From Methanosarcinaceae archaeon (lineage in GTDB: Archaea > Halobacteriota > Methanosarcinia > Methanosarcinales > Methanosarcinaceae), in the NCBI GenBank assembly GCA_052361145.1, contig JBQVMC010000001.1:1-35572 (forward strand): a stretch of 35,572 nt of DNA, written 5' to 3'. The notes under the pieces are model-generated. The model was not told the origin of the DNA, searched no databases, and worked only from the letters and a program-made list of their open reading frames with translations. Of the stretch, positions 20,398-28,160 are shown piece by piece; the first letter of the stretch is position 1; the number at the start of each line of letters is the position of its first letter. The position numbers were made by a program, and so were the translations under genes.

Positions 20398-21609
20398 TCA
20401 AGTAATGGTGTCGCTCAACCATTCATAGATGGGTTTTATAATGATTGTTTTGTCATTCATGATGATGGTCTCATTTTCATTTTCAGTTATTATGAGTCCT
20501 GCATATAGATTATGAGCATTCATTGCCTCTATTAGTCCTCTAATCTCGCGTTTTCGTGTGCTTTCGTTTTTAAGAGTCATTGTGACCTGTATAGCAGATG
20601 TGATATCTAGCCCTTCCTTGGTTATAAAATCACATTCATATTTATCCTTGTGGTAATATATTTCCCTGTACTGTCTTTTCAGGGTCATATGTACAAGGTT
20701 TTCAAGTAATCTACCTCTATTTTCAGAAAATTTGAATGAAACTGAATTTACCAATCCCGTGTCGAGACAATATATTTTCTTCGGGTTTATTGTCTGCTTT
20801 TTCACAGACTTGTCATATTTCGTTAATATGTATATAAGATATGAATCTTCTGCACAATTCAGGTATTCTTTTACTGTTTCATTTGTTATGTTCAGGATTT
20901 TTGCTATTTTTGAATAAGAGAATGGTTTTGCAATGTTTGAGATGATAAAGTAGAGCAGGTTGAATACGTCCCTGTTGTTACGCAGGTTGTTGGGATAGAT
21001 GATGTCTTTTAGATAGATTGTCTGGAAATATTTACTTAGGATCTCCTGTTTCAGTTCGTTGTTTTTTTCCAGCACAATTCTAGGATAAGCACCAAATTCA
21101 AGATAGTTGTTGAAGTATTGGAGTTTCTCAACGATTGTTAATTTGTGAACATTGTTAAAGCTCAAGTATTCACTAAACGAGAGTGGATGAACAGGTATTG
21201 AAAAATACCTGCCTGATAACCTGATACTCATCTCTTTTTTAAGAAGGCCGGATGTTGAACCTGTGAGTATGATCTTAATGTTCGTTATGGTATCAAACAA
21301 CATCTTGATAGTCTGTATCCAGTAATCATAGTTCTGTATCTCGTCTATGAAAAGGTAAAGGGTCAAAGGTTTTTGGAGTGCTAGATGGTGCTCTATTATC
21401 TCTGTTAGGTATGTCGGGTCTTTAGATTTACTCTGGAACAAGGGCTCATCGAGATTGATAAATAGTATTTCTTCAGGTGGCACATTGTTATCCAGCAGTT
21501 TTCTTATAATCTGGTAAGCAAGTGTTGACTTTCCAATACGCCTTGCACCTGTTAGCAAAAGTATTTCCCTTGTACCGAGATATTTCGTAAGTTTTGGGTA
21601 CCATTGCAA
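20398..21609 (-). CDS. AAA ATPase with DUF4143-type C-terminal domain (COG1373-like), N-terminally truncated by an in-frame TGA
   Basis: Walker A GARRIGKST and Walker B LFIDEIQ. The track ORF starts at a TTG. The same frame continues upstream to ATG 21690 (MDERVKIALERQNP*WFGKPFNTGVDRL) with one TGA at 21646-21648. Confidence 0.7.
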   Translation of the reverse strand: MQWYPKLTKYLGTREILLLTGARRIGKSTLAYQIIRKLLDNNVPPEEILFINLDEPLFQSKSKDPTYLTEIIEHHLALQKPLTLYLFIDEIQNYDYWIQTIKMLFDTITNIKIILTGSTSGLLKKEMSIRLSGRYFSIPVHPLSFSEYLSFNNVHKLTIVEKLQYFNNYLEFGAYPRIVLEKNNELKQEILSKYFQTIYLKDIIYPNNLRNNRDVFNLLYFIISNIAKPFSYSKIAKILNITNETVKEYLNCAEDSYLIYILTKYDKSVKKQTINPKKIYCLDTGLVNSVSFKFSENRGRLLENLVHMTLKRQYREIYYHKDKYECDFITKEGLDITSAIQVTMTLKNESTRKREIRGLIEAMNAHNLYAGLIITENENETIIMNDKTIIIKPIYEWLSDTIT

Positions 21610-21696
21610 CCTGTCAACACCGGTATTAAATGGTTTCCCAAACCATCAGGGGTTTTGACGTTCAAGAGCAATTTTTACACGTTCATCCATATTGTA

Positions 21697-21771
21697 GATT
21701 ATAATCGCTGAAAATACTTCAATTTATCGATTACAACCGATGATTTCTGAGATAATTGAAGATTATAACCG
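21697..21771 (-). promoter_or_regulatory. three 11-nt repeats (GATTATAATCG, GATTACAACCG, GATTATAACCG) at an exact 32-nt period
   Basis: Starts at 21697, 21729 and 21761. The block begins 6 nt upstream of the ancestral ATG (21690) of the ATPase gene. Confidence 0.25.
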
Positions 21772-22031
21772 TCAATTCATCAAAAAGTTTCAACTTTTAA
21801 CATCCGATTTGAAGAAATTGTGTGTTTTTTGTGTGTGAAACTGGTGCTATTGGAACTAAATATGGCGGCGGATCATGGGGACTGTGAAATGAAGATGATG
21901 CCGGTCAATAGTTATATCGGAAATTGTTGATTAAGTGTGCTGTTTATTGTACAATGTTTAACAAAAATAAATATAAAAAAATCCCATAATAAGCATATGG
22001 CGTGGTAAATATATTCAATTTTATATAAAAT

Positions 22032-22083
22032 CGAGTCAACTTTTTGTAACTCTTAATTATCAATTTACTATGCTCCATCTGTT
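22032..22083 (-). promoter_or_regulatory. copy 1 of a duplicated 52-nt element containing the imperfect palindrome GAGTCAAC-TTTTT-GTAACTC
   Basis: CGAGTCAACTTTTTGTAACTCTTAATTATCAATTTACTATGCTCCATCTGTT compared with 23442-23493. Similarity extends about 12 nt further into a TATA-like tract. Confidence 0.4.
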
Positions 22084-22220
22084 TTAGGGACTTTTTATTC
22101 TCTTCCGGAATGGTTTTGAAAACCGCAGAGATCGCAGAGGCACGCAGAGAAAAATAAGTCCCCTCTGCGGTGAATCGTTTTTGCCATGATCCGTTTATCC
22201 GGAATTTATTAAAAAGTGTT
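22083..22220 (-). repeat. structured repeat of about 135 bp, copy 2b (inverted relative to 10141-10272)
   Basis: The reverse complement reads AACACTTTTTAATAAATTCCGGATAAACGGATCATGGCAAAAACGATTCACCGCAGAGGGGACTTATTTTTCTCTGCGTGCCTCTGCGATCTCTGCGGTTTTCAAAACCATTCCGGAAGAGAATAAAAAGTCCC. Confidence 0.65.
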
Positions 22221-22232
22221 GTTGTCTTAAGA

Positions 22233-23414
22233 TCAAATATTTATCCTAAACGGCATCTGTGTATTCTCAGGTATCGTATGAATATACTTACTTCTAAATT
22301 CAGGGTTTCGCATCATACAATAATCTGCTGATGATTTGTATGCAATATGCTTACCCATACGTTTCCAGATCTCCTCCAGTTTATTCTCCCGAATATTCCC
22401 AAACGAGAGAGGCGTATATGCACATGGTAAAACATCTCCCGCAGATGTAACATGAACCCACCTCCGCCCTGCAAAGCAGCCAAATTGGTCAGGTCCCATA
22501 AAATATGGGAATGCAGTAACCCTCGGGCCACCAGGTTTTGCATTAATGCGCTTTTGGAACTTTTCAAGACGTGAAACATCTTTCCGGTTAATAACCTCGT
22601 CCTCGTGATTTATCCAGCGTCCGACCGCTATGATCTCGTATATTGACATCTCCTGCATATCCATTTCTTCTGCAAGATTGTAAAAATCATCAAGATCGTC
22701 GATATTATCAGGAGACACCACTACGAACATATCAGTTAATATACCGGCAGCACGTGCGTTTTTGATACCATTTATAGCATCCATGTATGCACCATCCCGC
22801 CCTCGTACACGGTCATGCTCTTTTTCAAAAGGACTGTCTATGCTGATACGTATTGCATACATTCCGGCAGATTTAAGATCATGTGCCCTTTGTTCAGTTA
22901 ATCCGTAACCAGATGTAAAACATGTAGTGATCGCACGTGTCTTATCCACATTTGCAACCATGTCCACAAGGTCTTTTCGAAGCATTGTCTCACCACCATC
23001 AAATGATATAAGATATGCACCAAGGTCAAGCGACTGGTCTATCGTATCATTTATCTCTTCAAAAGAAAGTTCAGGGTCTGCAATAATATCTGATGCACCA
23101 CAGTGTATACAATTATTCGGGCAGCGCGCTGTGATACCAATAGATAACTGGTCGGGTATGCGTTTTTTTATAATTGCCCCAACTTCCGCACTGATCAACC
23201 TATCAAAAACTTTTCCTGGAATAGGTGGGACCCATGTTGAGAAAATAATCTCATTATCATCTACGGAAATTGGTTTTTCTTCCTGAAAGATTTTATTGAT
23301 CCGTTTTATTATTGGTTTTGCGATCGGTGCCATTGCACCCTCTGCATCAAGCACAATTTTACCATTCTGTGCACTGGCATTTACTTTGATCACTGACTTA
23401 TCATATACACGCAT
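22233..23414 (-). CDS. NirJ-like radical SAM protein with C-terminal auxiliary-cluster (SPASM/twitch-like) region; candidate AhbC (Fe-coproporphyrin III synthase)
   Basis: CPNNCIHC cluster motif. Clear paralogy to the ahbD product in this window (DGGETMLRKDL vs [11 protein letters not shown]; ISIDSPFEKEHDRVRGRDGAY vs [21 protein letters not shown]; GCFAGRRWVHVTSAGDVLPCAY vs [22 protein letters not shown]). The AhbC call rests on paralogy plus location and is only moderately supported. Confidence 0.6.
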   Translation of the reverse strand: MRVYDKSVIKVNASAQNGKIVLDAEGAMAPIAKPIIKRINKIFQEEKPISVDDNEIIFSTWVPPIPGKVFDRLISAEVGAIIKKRIPDQLSIGITARCPNNCIHCGASDIIADPELSFEEINDTIDQSLDLGAYLISFDGGETMLRKDLVDMVANVDKTRAITTCFTSGYGLTEQRAHDLKSAGMYAIRISIDSPFEKEHDRVRGRDGAYMDAINGIKNARAAGILTDMFVVVSPDNIDDLDDFYNLAEEMDMQEMSIYEIIAVGRWINHEDEVINRKDVSRLEKFQKRINAKPGGPRVTAFPYFMGPDQFGCFAGRRWVHVTSAGDVLPCAYTPLSFGNIRENKLEEIWKRMGKHIAYKSSADYCMMRNPEFRSKYIHTIPENTQMPFRINI

Positions 23415-23441
23415 GGATTCACCTGTTATTATATACTAAAC

Positions 23442-23493
23442 CGAGTCAACTTTTTGTAACTCTTAATCATCAATTGACTTTGCTGCATCTGTT
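23442..23493 (-). promoter_or_regulatory. copy 2 of the duplicated 52-nt element, immediately 5' of the radical SAM gene
   Basis: CGAGTCAACTTTTTGTAACTCTTAATCATCAATTGACTTTGCTGCATCTGTT. On the minus strand it is followed by TTTAGTATATAATAACAGGTGAATCC and then ATG 23414. Confidence 0.4.
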
Positions 23494-23623
23494 CTCTTAC
23501 AAAATGATTATAAATTATAATTGCGGAGTAAAACAATATCTCTGCAATTTTAACATCAATATATCGGAAATATGTGGTATTTTCTGAAATTGTCCTGATT
23601 AGGAATTGACATAAAAACGGTTT

Positions 23624-24478
23624 TTACGGAAGCATATCGATTGTTATATGATTTGTTATTTGCAACAACTTATCTGTTGCACTGCAAGGATCAAAAGTTT
23701 TGTGGATCTCGTTTGCATTCATAACCTGTTTTTTAACTTCCCCGACTGATCTTTTCACTGCATCCTCATGTGACATCTGCTTAAGGTAGATGTGAGGCAA
23801 TGTTACGGATTCATGGGTGGACTTCTTATTATCCTGTGCATTCAAGTACTCAAGCAGGTCATCCACTATCTGGTACGCAGTACCCACATATTCCCCATAC
23901 AATCTGCACTGGTTCGCAATTTCATTATCCGCACCACCAATATATGCACCAATAGCTGCGCTCGCTGCAAAAAGGGATGCTGTCTTTTTACGTATGCATT
24001 CGAAATAGTTAATAACCTCAAACTTTCCGGAGACACTTTTTACATCAATCGTTTCCCCTTCCGCCATATACATGCCTGCACGCCCGAAATCACGTACGGC
24101 ATTCCTGCCAAAAGGTGATATCAGTTCTATCGACTTTGAGATCAAAAAATCTCCGCAAAGCATAGCTGCAGCATGACCGAAATTCTCATGCACAGAAGGA
24201 ACGCCCCTGCGGATCAATCCCCCATCCAGCAGGTCATCATGGATCAATGAAGCAGAATGTATCAACTCAATCGCCAGAGCCGCATCAACACTATCCTTTG
24301 AATTCCTGCCACAAAGTTCGGTGGAAAGCATCAATATGATCGGACGTATCATTTTCCCACCGGAATTACAGACATGGCTAACCATTTTTTTCATCTGGGA
24401 TGATTCATCCATTGCCCCGGTCATTTCAGACATTGCAGATGTAATAAGTTTGTACTCATCCCATTGCTCAATATTCAT
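23624..24478 (-). CDS. trans-polyprenyl diphosphate synthase
   Basis: 284 aa. First Asp-rich motif LIHDDLLDGGLIRRG, second IVDDLLEY. Small residues (Ala, Ser) at positions -5 and -4 before the first motif. Confidence 0.85.
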   Translation of the reverse strand: MNIEQWDEYKLITSAMSEMTGAMDESSQMKKMVSHVCNSGGKMIRPIILMLSTELCGRNSKDSVDAALAIELIHSASLIHDDLLDGGLIRRGVPSVHENFGHAAAMLCGDFLISKSIELISPFGRNAVRDFGRAGMYMAEGETIDVKSVSGKFEVINYFECIRKKTASLFAASAAIGAYIGGADNEIANQCRLYGEYVGTAYQIVDDLLEYLNAQDNKKSTHESVTLPHIYLKQMSHEDAVKRSVGEVKKQVMNANEIHKTFDPCSATDKLLQITNHITIDMLP

Positions 24479-24528
24479 CCAGTGCCCTCATTATCTAATT
24501 GTATGATTATCATTCGATATGATGTGCG

Positions 24529-24909
24529 TCATTCTGTGTATTTTGACGAACAGCCTACTACTATCTGTGTAACTTCGATTTTATCAGCAGTCACCATAGT
24601 ACCGCTCATGCTGACATCTTTTCCTTCATCAAGTGTTGCAGGTAAGTCTCCCGTATATTCCACATTTATTTCACTATTTCCATCATCGGCATCGACCAGT
24701 ACAAATGAAACAATATCCGGGCTTACAATAAGTGTACCGTTCTTAATTGTACCCATTGTGCCGATCTTTTCCCCGATATATGTATCCGGATTTGAAGTAA
24801 GTTCTGAAATCATAATGTATTTCTGGGAAAAATCAACATTCCAGAGGCCAATAACCGCGACAGCAATAATAGCACCAATCGCAACAATTGTTTTTTGTTT
24901 TTTATCCAT
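24529..24909 (-). CDS. ccmE: cytochrome c maturation heme chaperone CcmE, variant CxxxY type
   Basis: 126 aa. N-terminal TM anchor, OB-like body with VEYTGDLPATLDEGKDVSMSG, and a C-terminal GCSSKY in place of the bacterial HxxxY heme-binding motif. Confidence 0.8.
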   Translation of the reverse strand: MDKKQKTIVAIGAIIAVAVIGLWNVDFSQKYIMISELTSNPDTYIGEKIGTMGTIKNGTLIVSPDIVSFVLVDADDGNSEINVEYTGDLPATLDEGKDVSMSGTMVTADKIEVTQIVVGCSSKYTE

Positions 24910-24947
24910 TTATATACTCCGGTTTGTTTTAATTATAGCCTTGAAGC

Positions 24948-25070
24948 CTATTGTAACTTGCCTAACCTCTCAAGTTCCGCGTTCAATTGTAAACGGGTTC
25001 GAATCATATATAGTATGTATGAAAATATTGCAATCCACGTAATTATAAATGCAGTATATAACGGGTCCAT
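24948..25070 (-). CDS. ccmD: CcmD-like small membrane protein (40 aa)
   Basis: Not in the ORF track. Hand translation gives MDPLYTAFIITWIAIFSYILYMIRTRLQLNAELERLGKLQ: one TM helix followed by a basic amphipathic tail. GGTGAT lies 5 nt upstream of the ATG, and the ORF sits 38 nt upstream of ccmE. Confidence 0.5.
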   Translation of the reverse strand: MDPLYTAFIITWIAIFSYILYMIRTRLQLNAELERLGKLQ

Positions 25071-25320
25071 CACATCACCTTTTATTTGCGGTTTACCTTT
25101 TTGTTAAAATAATTGCATTGAGTGTATTTAAATCCGGAGGATGACCATTTATTGGTAATATCACATATATTAATAAGGATGCATGTAGTATAAGCACATC
25201 ATATTTAAGCGAATTGAACCGAATTTTATTCAGGTAAATCTACTCCCTGGTCGGATTGGTTTGTAATAAATGATTATATTATGCGGTATAACAAAAAAAT
25301 TTAAAGAATTGATGATTATT

Positions 25321-26376
25321 ATGGTAAAACCACCAAGACTTATCGCATGGGAATTAACAGCAGGCTGCAATCTCTCCTGTGTACATTGCAGGGGCGCATC
25401 AACGTCTAATATCCCACCCGGCGAACTTACAACCGATGAGGCCAGGCACTTCATAGATGAGATTGTGGAAATGGGAAATCCGATCCTGATCATGAGCGGT
25501 GGAGAACCTCTTGTAAGAAAGGATGTATTTGAGATTGCGCAGTATGGCACAGACAAAGGGCTTCGTGTCGTTATGGCAACCAACGGCACACTTGTTACTC
25601 CAGAGATTGCAAAGAAGATGAAAAAAGCCGGAATACAGAGGGTCAGCATCAGTATTGACGGCTCAAATGCAAGATCCCACGATGATTTTCGAGGCCAACC
25701 TGGTGCATTTAATGGAGCATTACGCGGGATCGATGAGATAAAAAAGGCAGGCATCGGTTTTCAGGTTAACACAACCATCACAAAGCGTAATATTGACGAG
25801 ATCCCAAAGATACTTGAATTTGCAACAGAACTCGGAGCAGAAGCACTCCATATTTTTCTTCTTGTGCCAACCGGCCGGGGCAGGGAAATTGAAAAAGATG
25901 AGATCCCGCCAATTGAATACGAGCGTGTTTTAAACTGGTTCTATGATCAACAAAAAACAGCAAAGATCCAGTTAAAAGCCACATGCGCACCTCATTATTT
26001 CAGGATAATGCGCCAGCGTGCAAAGAAAGAGGGAATTGAGATATCCGTGGAAACACATGGATATGAAGCTATGACCAAAGGATGCCTCGGTGGCACTGGA
26101 TTTTGTTTTGTTTCCAGCATTGGTGAAGTGTACCCTTGCGGATACCTGCCCGTACTTGCCGGCAACATAAAAGAACAGGGATTCAAGGACATATGGGACA
26201 ACGCAAAGGTGTTTAATGATCTTCGTGATACAGGTAAGCTCAAAGGCAAATGCGGAAGGTGCGGATATAATGAAGTATGTGGCGGTTGCCGTGCGCGCGC
26301 GTATGCGGCAACTGGGGATTACATGGCAGAGGAGCCATATTGCATATATGTACCACCAAAAAGGAGCTCTAAATAA
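25321..26376 (+). CDS. ahbD: radical SAM heme synthase AhbD (NirJ-like, SPASM domain)
   Basis: [25 protein letters not shown]; C-terminal [18 protein letters not shown]. Lies directly upstream of ahbA/ahbB, the arrangement I recall for Methanosarcina barkeri. The start could also be 25270 or 25312. Confidence 0.75.
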   Translation: MVKPPRLIAWELTAGCNLSCVHCRGASTSNIPPGELTTDEARHFIDEIVEMGNPILIMSGGEPLVRKDVFEIAQYGTDKGLRVVMATNGTLVTPEIAKKMKKAGIQRVSISIDGSNARSHDDFRGQPGAFNGALRGIDEIKKAGIGFQVNTTITKRNIDEIPKILEFATELGAEALHIFLLVPTGRGREIEKDEIPPIEYERVLNWFYDQQKTAKIQLKATCAPHYFRIMRQRAKKEGIEISVETHGYEAMTKGCLGGTGFCFVSSIGEVYPCGYLPVLAGNIKEQGFKDIWDNAKVFNDLRDTGKLKGKCGRCGYNEVCGGCRARAYAATGDYMAEEPYCIYVPPKRSSK

Positions 26377-26378
26377 CA

Positions 26379-26834
26379 ATGGTTCGGCTAGATAATATTG
26401 ATAAGAATATCCTGAATACTATACAGTTGGATTTCCCGCTTGAAGTGCATCCGTTCGAAAAACTGGGAAAGGAATTGGGTATTACGGAAAATGAGGTAAT
26501 AGAGCGCCTAAAACGCTTGAACACTGTAGGTGCAATCCGACGCATCGGTCCGATTATCAACACAAAGATGGCTGGTGGAATAAGCACTCTTGTCGCAGCC
26601 AGAGTGCCAGAGTCGAGGATAGATGAAGTGGCAGGGGTTATCAATCGATATCCGGAAGTATCACATAATTACCTGCGTCCTGCAAAGTATAATATGTGGT
26701 TTACAATATCCGCAACAAGTGAGGAGAGGCTTATCCGGATACTTGATGAACTAAAGGCTGAAACCGGATGTGAGTTGATCAACCTGCCTACCAGGCGGCT
26801 GTTCAAAATAGGTGTGAAATTCAATATAAGGTGA
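26379..26834 (+). CDS. ahbA: siroheme decarboxylase subunit (NirD/L/G/H-like, Lrp/AsnC HTH)
   Basis: 151 aa. [57 protein letters not shown]. The A versus B assignment is by gene order only. Confidence 0.7.
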   Translation: MVRLDNIDKNILNTIQLDFPLEVHPFEKLGKELGITENEVIERLKRLNTVGAIRRIGPIINTKMAGGISTLVAARVPESRIDEVAGVINRYPEVSHNYLRPAKYNMWFTISATSEERLIRILDELKAETGCELINLPTRRLFKIGVKFNIR

Positions 26835-26838
26835 GAAA

Positions 26839-27297
26839 ATGGACGAAATTGACACCAAGCTTATCAAACTTACACAGGATGGTATAGTATTTACACATGC
26901 GCCATTTGCGGATATCGCCAGAGAACTTGGCATAAGTGAAATAAATGTTGTTTCCAGATTTGAAAACCTGCAAAAAAAAGGAGTTATCCGGAGATTTGGT
27001 GCATCAATAGGACATCGGGCAATCGGGATTACAGCCAATGCCATGTGTACATGGAATGTAACTGATGAAAGGGTCGAAGAGATCGGAGCGATTATGGCAG
27101 GCTTTTCCGAAGTAACACATTGCTATGAACGCCCGCGTTATCCGGACTGGCCGTATAACCTGTTCACAATGGTGCATTCTTATACAAAAGAAGACTGCAA
27201 CAGGGTTGCACATGAAATATCAAAAGCTACAGGTATTTCGGATTACAAAATGCTGTTCAGCGAGCGGGAATTTAAGAAAACGGGTGCCAGATTATAA
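26839..27297 (+). CDS. ahbB: siroheme decarboxylase subunit (second NirD-like paralogue)
   Basis: 152 aa. DEIDTKLIKLTQDGIVFTHAPFADIARELGISEINVVSRFENLQKKGVIRRFGA, FSEVTHCYERPRY..YNLFTM. AGGTGA lies upstream of the ATG. Confidence 0.7.
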   Translation: MDEIDTKLIKLTQDGIVFTHAPFADIARELGISEINVVSRFENLQKKGVIRRFGASIGHRAIGITANAMCTWNVTDERVEEIGAIMAGFSEVTHCYERPRYPDWPYNLFTMVHSYTKEDCNRVAHEISKATGISDYKMLFSEREFKKTGARL

Positions 27298-27333
27298 ATT
27301 GTAACTATAACTATAATTGTAACTATAACTATA
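27298..27333. repeat. perfect tandem duplication of the 18-mer ATTGTAACTATAACTATA
   Basis: Two exact units plus a partial third (ATTATAA), starting right after the ahbB stop codon. Confidence 0.85.
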
Positions 27334-27448
27334 ATTATAATCATATTTTCAACTTTCATTCCAATTTGTATATTAAGTTCTGATTCAAAATATAAGCGGG
27401 ATTTATACACCATTATTATCCGTGATACATATAAAAGGATGCGCTGGA

Positions 27449-28114
27449 ATGAACACTGAACGAAACTTACTTCCTTTGATGATCGATCTTAACGGAAGGA
27501 AAATCGTGATCATTGGTGGCGGTTCAGTTGGAGAGCGCAAAGCATCCCTTTTTTCAAAATATGCAGATGTTACTGTTGTGAGTGCCGGATTTACCCCAAA
27601 ACTTGAGAAAATAAAGAATGCAGGTAAAATTAAATTGGTCTCGGCTGACCTTGGATCATTGCAGGATGACAGGATCTCGAATATTATATCGAATGCCTTT
27701 TTAGTTATCCCTGCAACAAACGATACATCACTAAATGACCGGATTGCCAGAATCGCACATAAAAGCAACATTTTAATTAATAAGGTTGATTCTATAGGTG
27801 ACGTTGTGGTTCCTTCTGTAATTAAAAGGGGTAACCTGACGATCGGGATATCAACACTTGGATCAAGTCCTGCACTTTCAAAATATACACGAAAGAAGAT
27901 AGAACAGGTGATAACTCCGCAGTATGCCGATATGATACGACTTCAGGATGATATGCGAGCGTACCTCAAACAACATGTTTCCAGACAGGAAGATAGAAAA
28001 CATATCCTGTGGGAAATACTTGATAACGGGGATGTGTGGAGTGCACTCTCACAATCATATGAAAAAGCGTATAAAATAGCACATAATATAGTATCAGAAC
28101 GTAACAAGCTCTAA
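27449..28114 (+). CDS. sirC: precorrin-2 dehydrogenase / sirohydrochlorin ferrochelatase (SirC/Met8/CysG N-terminal type)
   Basis: LPLMIDLNGRKIVIIGGGSVGERKA Rossmann start, and ISTLGSSPALSK. I prefer ATG 27449 over the GTG at 27422. Confidence 0.8.
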   Translation: MNTERNLLPLMIDLNGRKIVIIGGGSVGERKASLFSKYADVTVVSAGFTPKLEKIKNAGKIKLVSADLGSLQDDRISNIISNAFLVIPATNDTSLNDRIARIAHKSNILINKVDSIGDVVVPSVIKRGNLTIGISTLGSSPALSKYTRKKIEQVITPQYADMIRLQDDMRAYLKQHVSRQEDRKHILWEILDNGDVWSALSQSYEKAYKIAHNIVSERNKL

Positions 28115-28160
28115 TTAAACACCATAATTATTCAGAATCATTTCGATATGGAGGATACAG

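Noticed and set aside
21646-21648. In-frame TGA in the ATPase gene considered as selenocysteine or a recoding signal
   Set aside because: The position corresponds to an expected Trp (TGG). No SECIS-like hairpin is evident and the family has no known Sec members. A point mutation is the simpler explanation.
21697-21792. Regular 32-nt periodicity considered as a mini CRISPR array
   Set aside because: The repeated unit is only 11 nt with three imperfect copies. No cas genes are nearby and there is no leader-like structure. I report it only as a possible binding-site array.
22020-22085. Short ORFs inside the duplicated 52-nt elements (MEHSKLIIKSYKKLTRF... and MQQSQLMIKSYKKLTRFSI, second copy at 23430-23493) considered as radical SAM/RiPP precursor peptides
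   Set aside because: Differences between the two copies are mostly non-synonymous. The ORFs have different lengths, run through a TATA-like tract and lack SD sequences. The radical SAM gene is better explained as a heme pathway enzyme.
24985-25000. GGGTTCGAATC, a tRNA T-arm-like string
   Set aside because: It lies inside the CcmD-like ORF. No acceptor or anticodon stems can be built around it.
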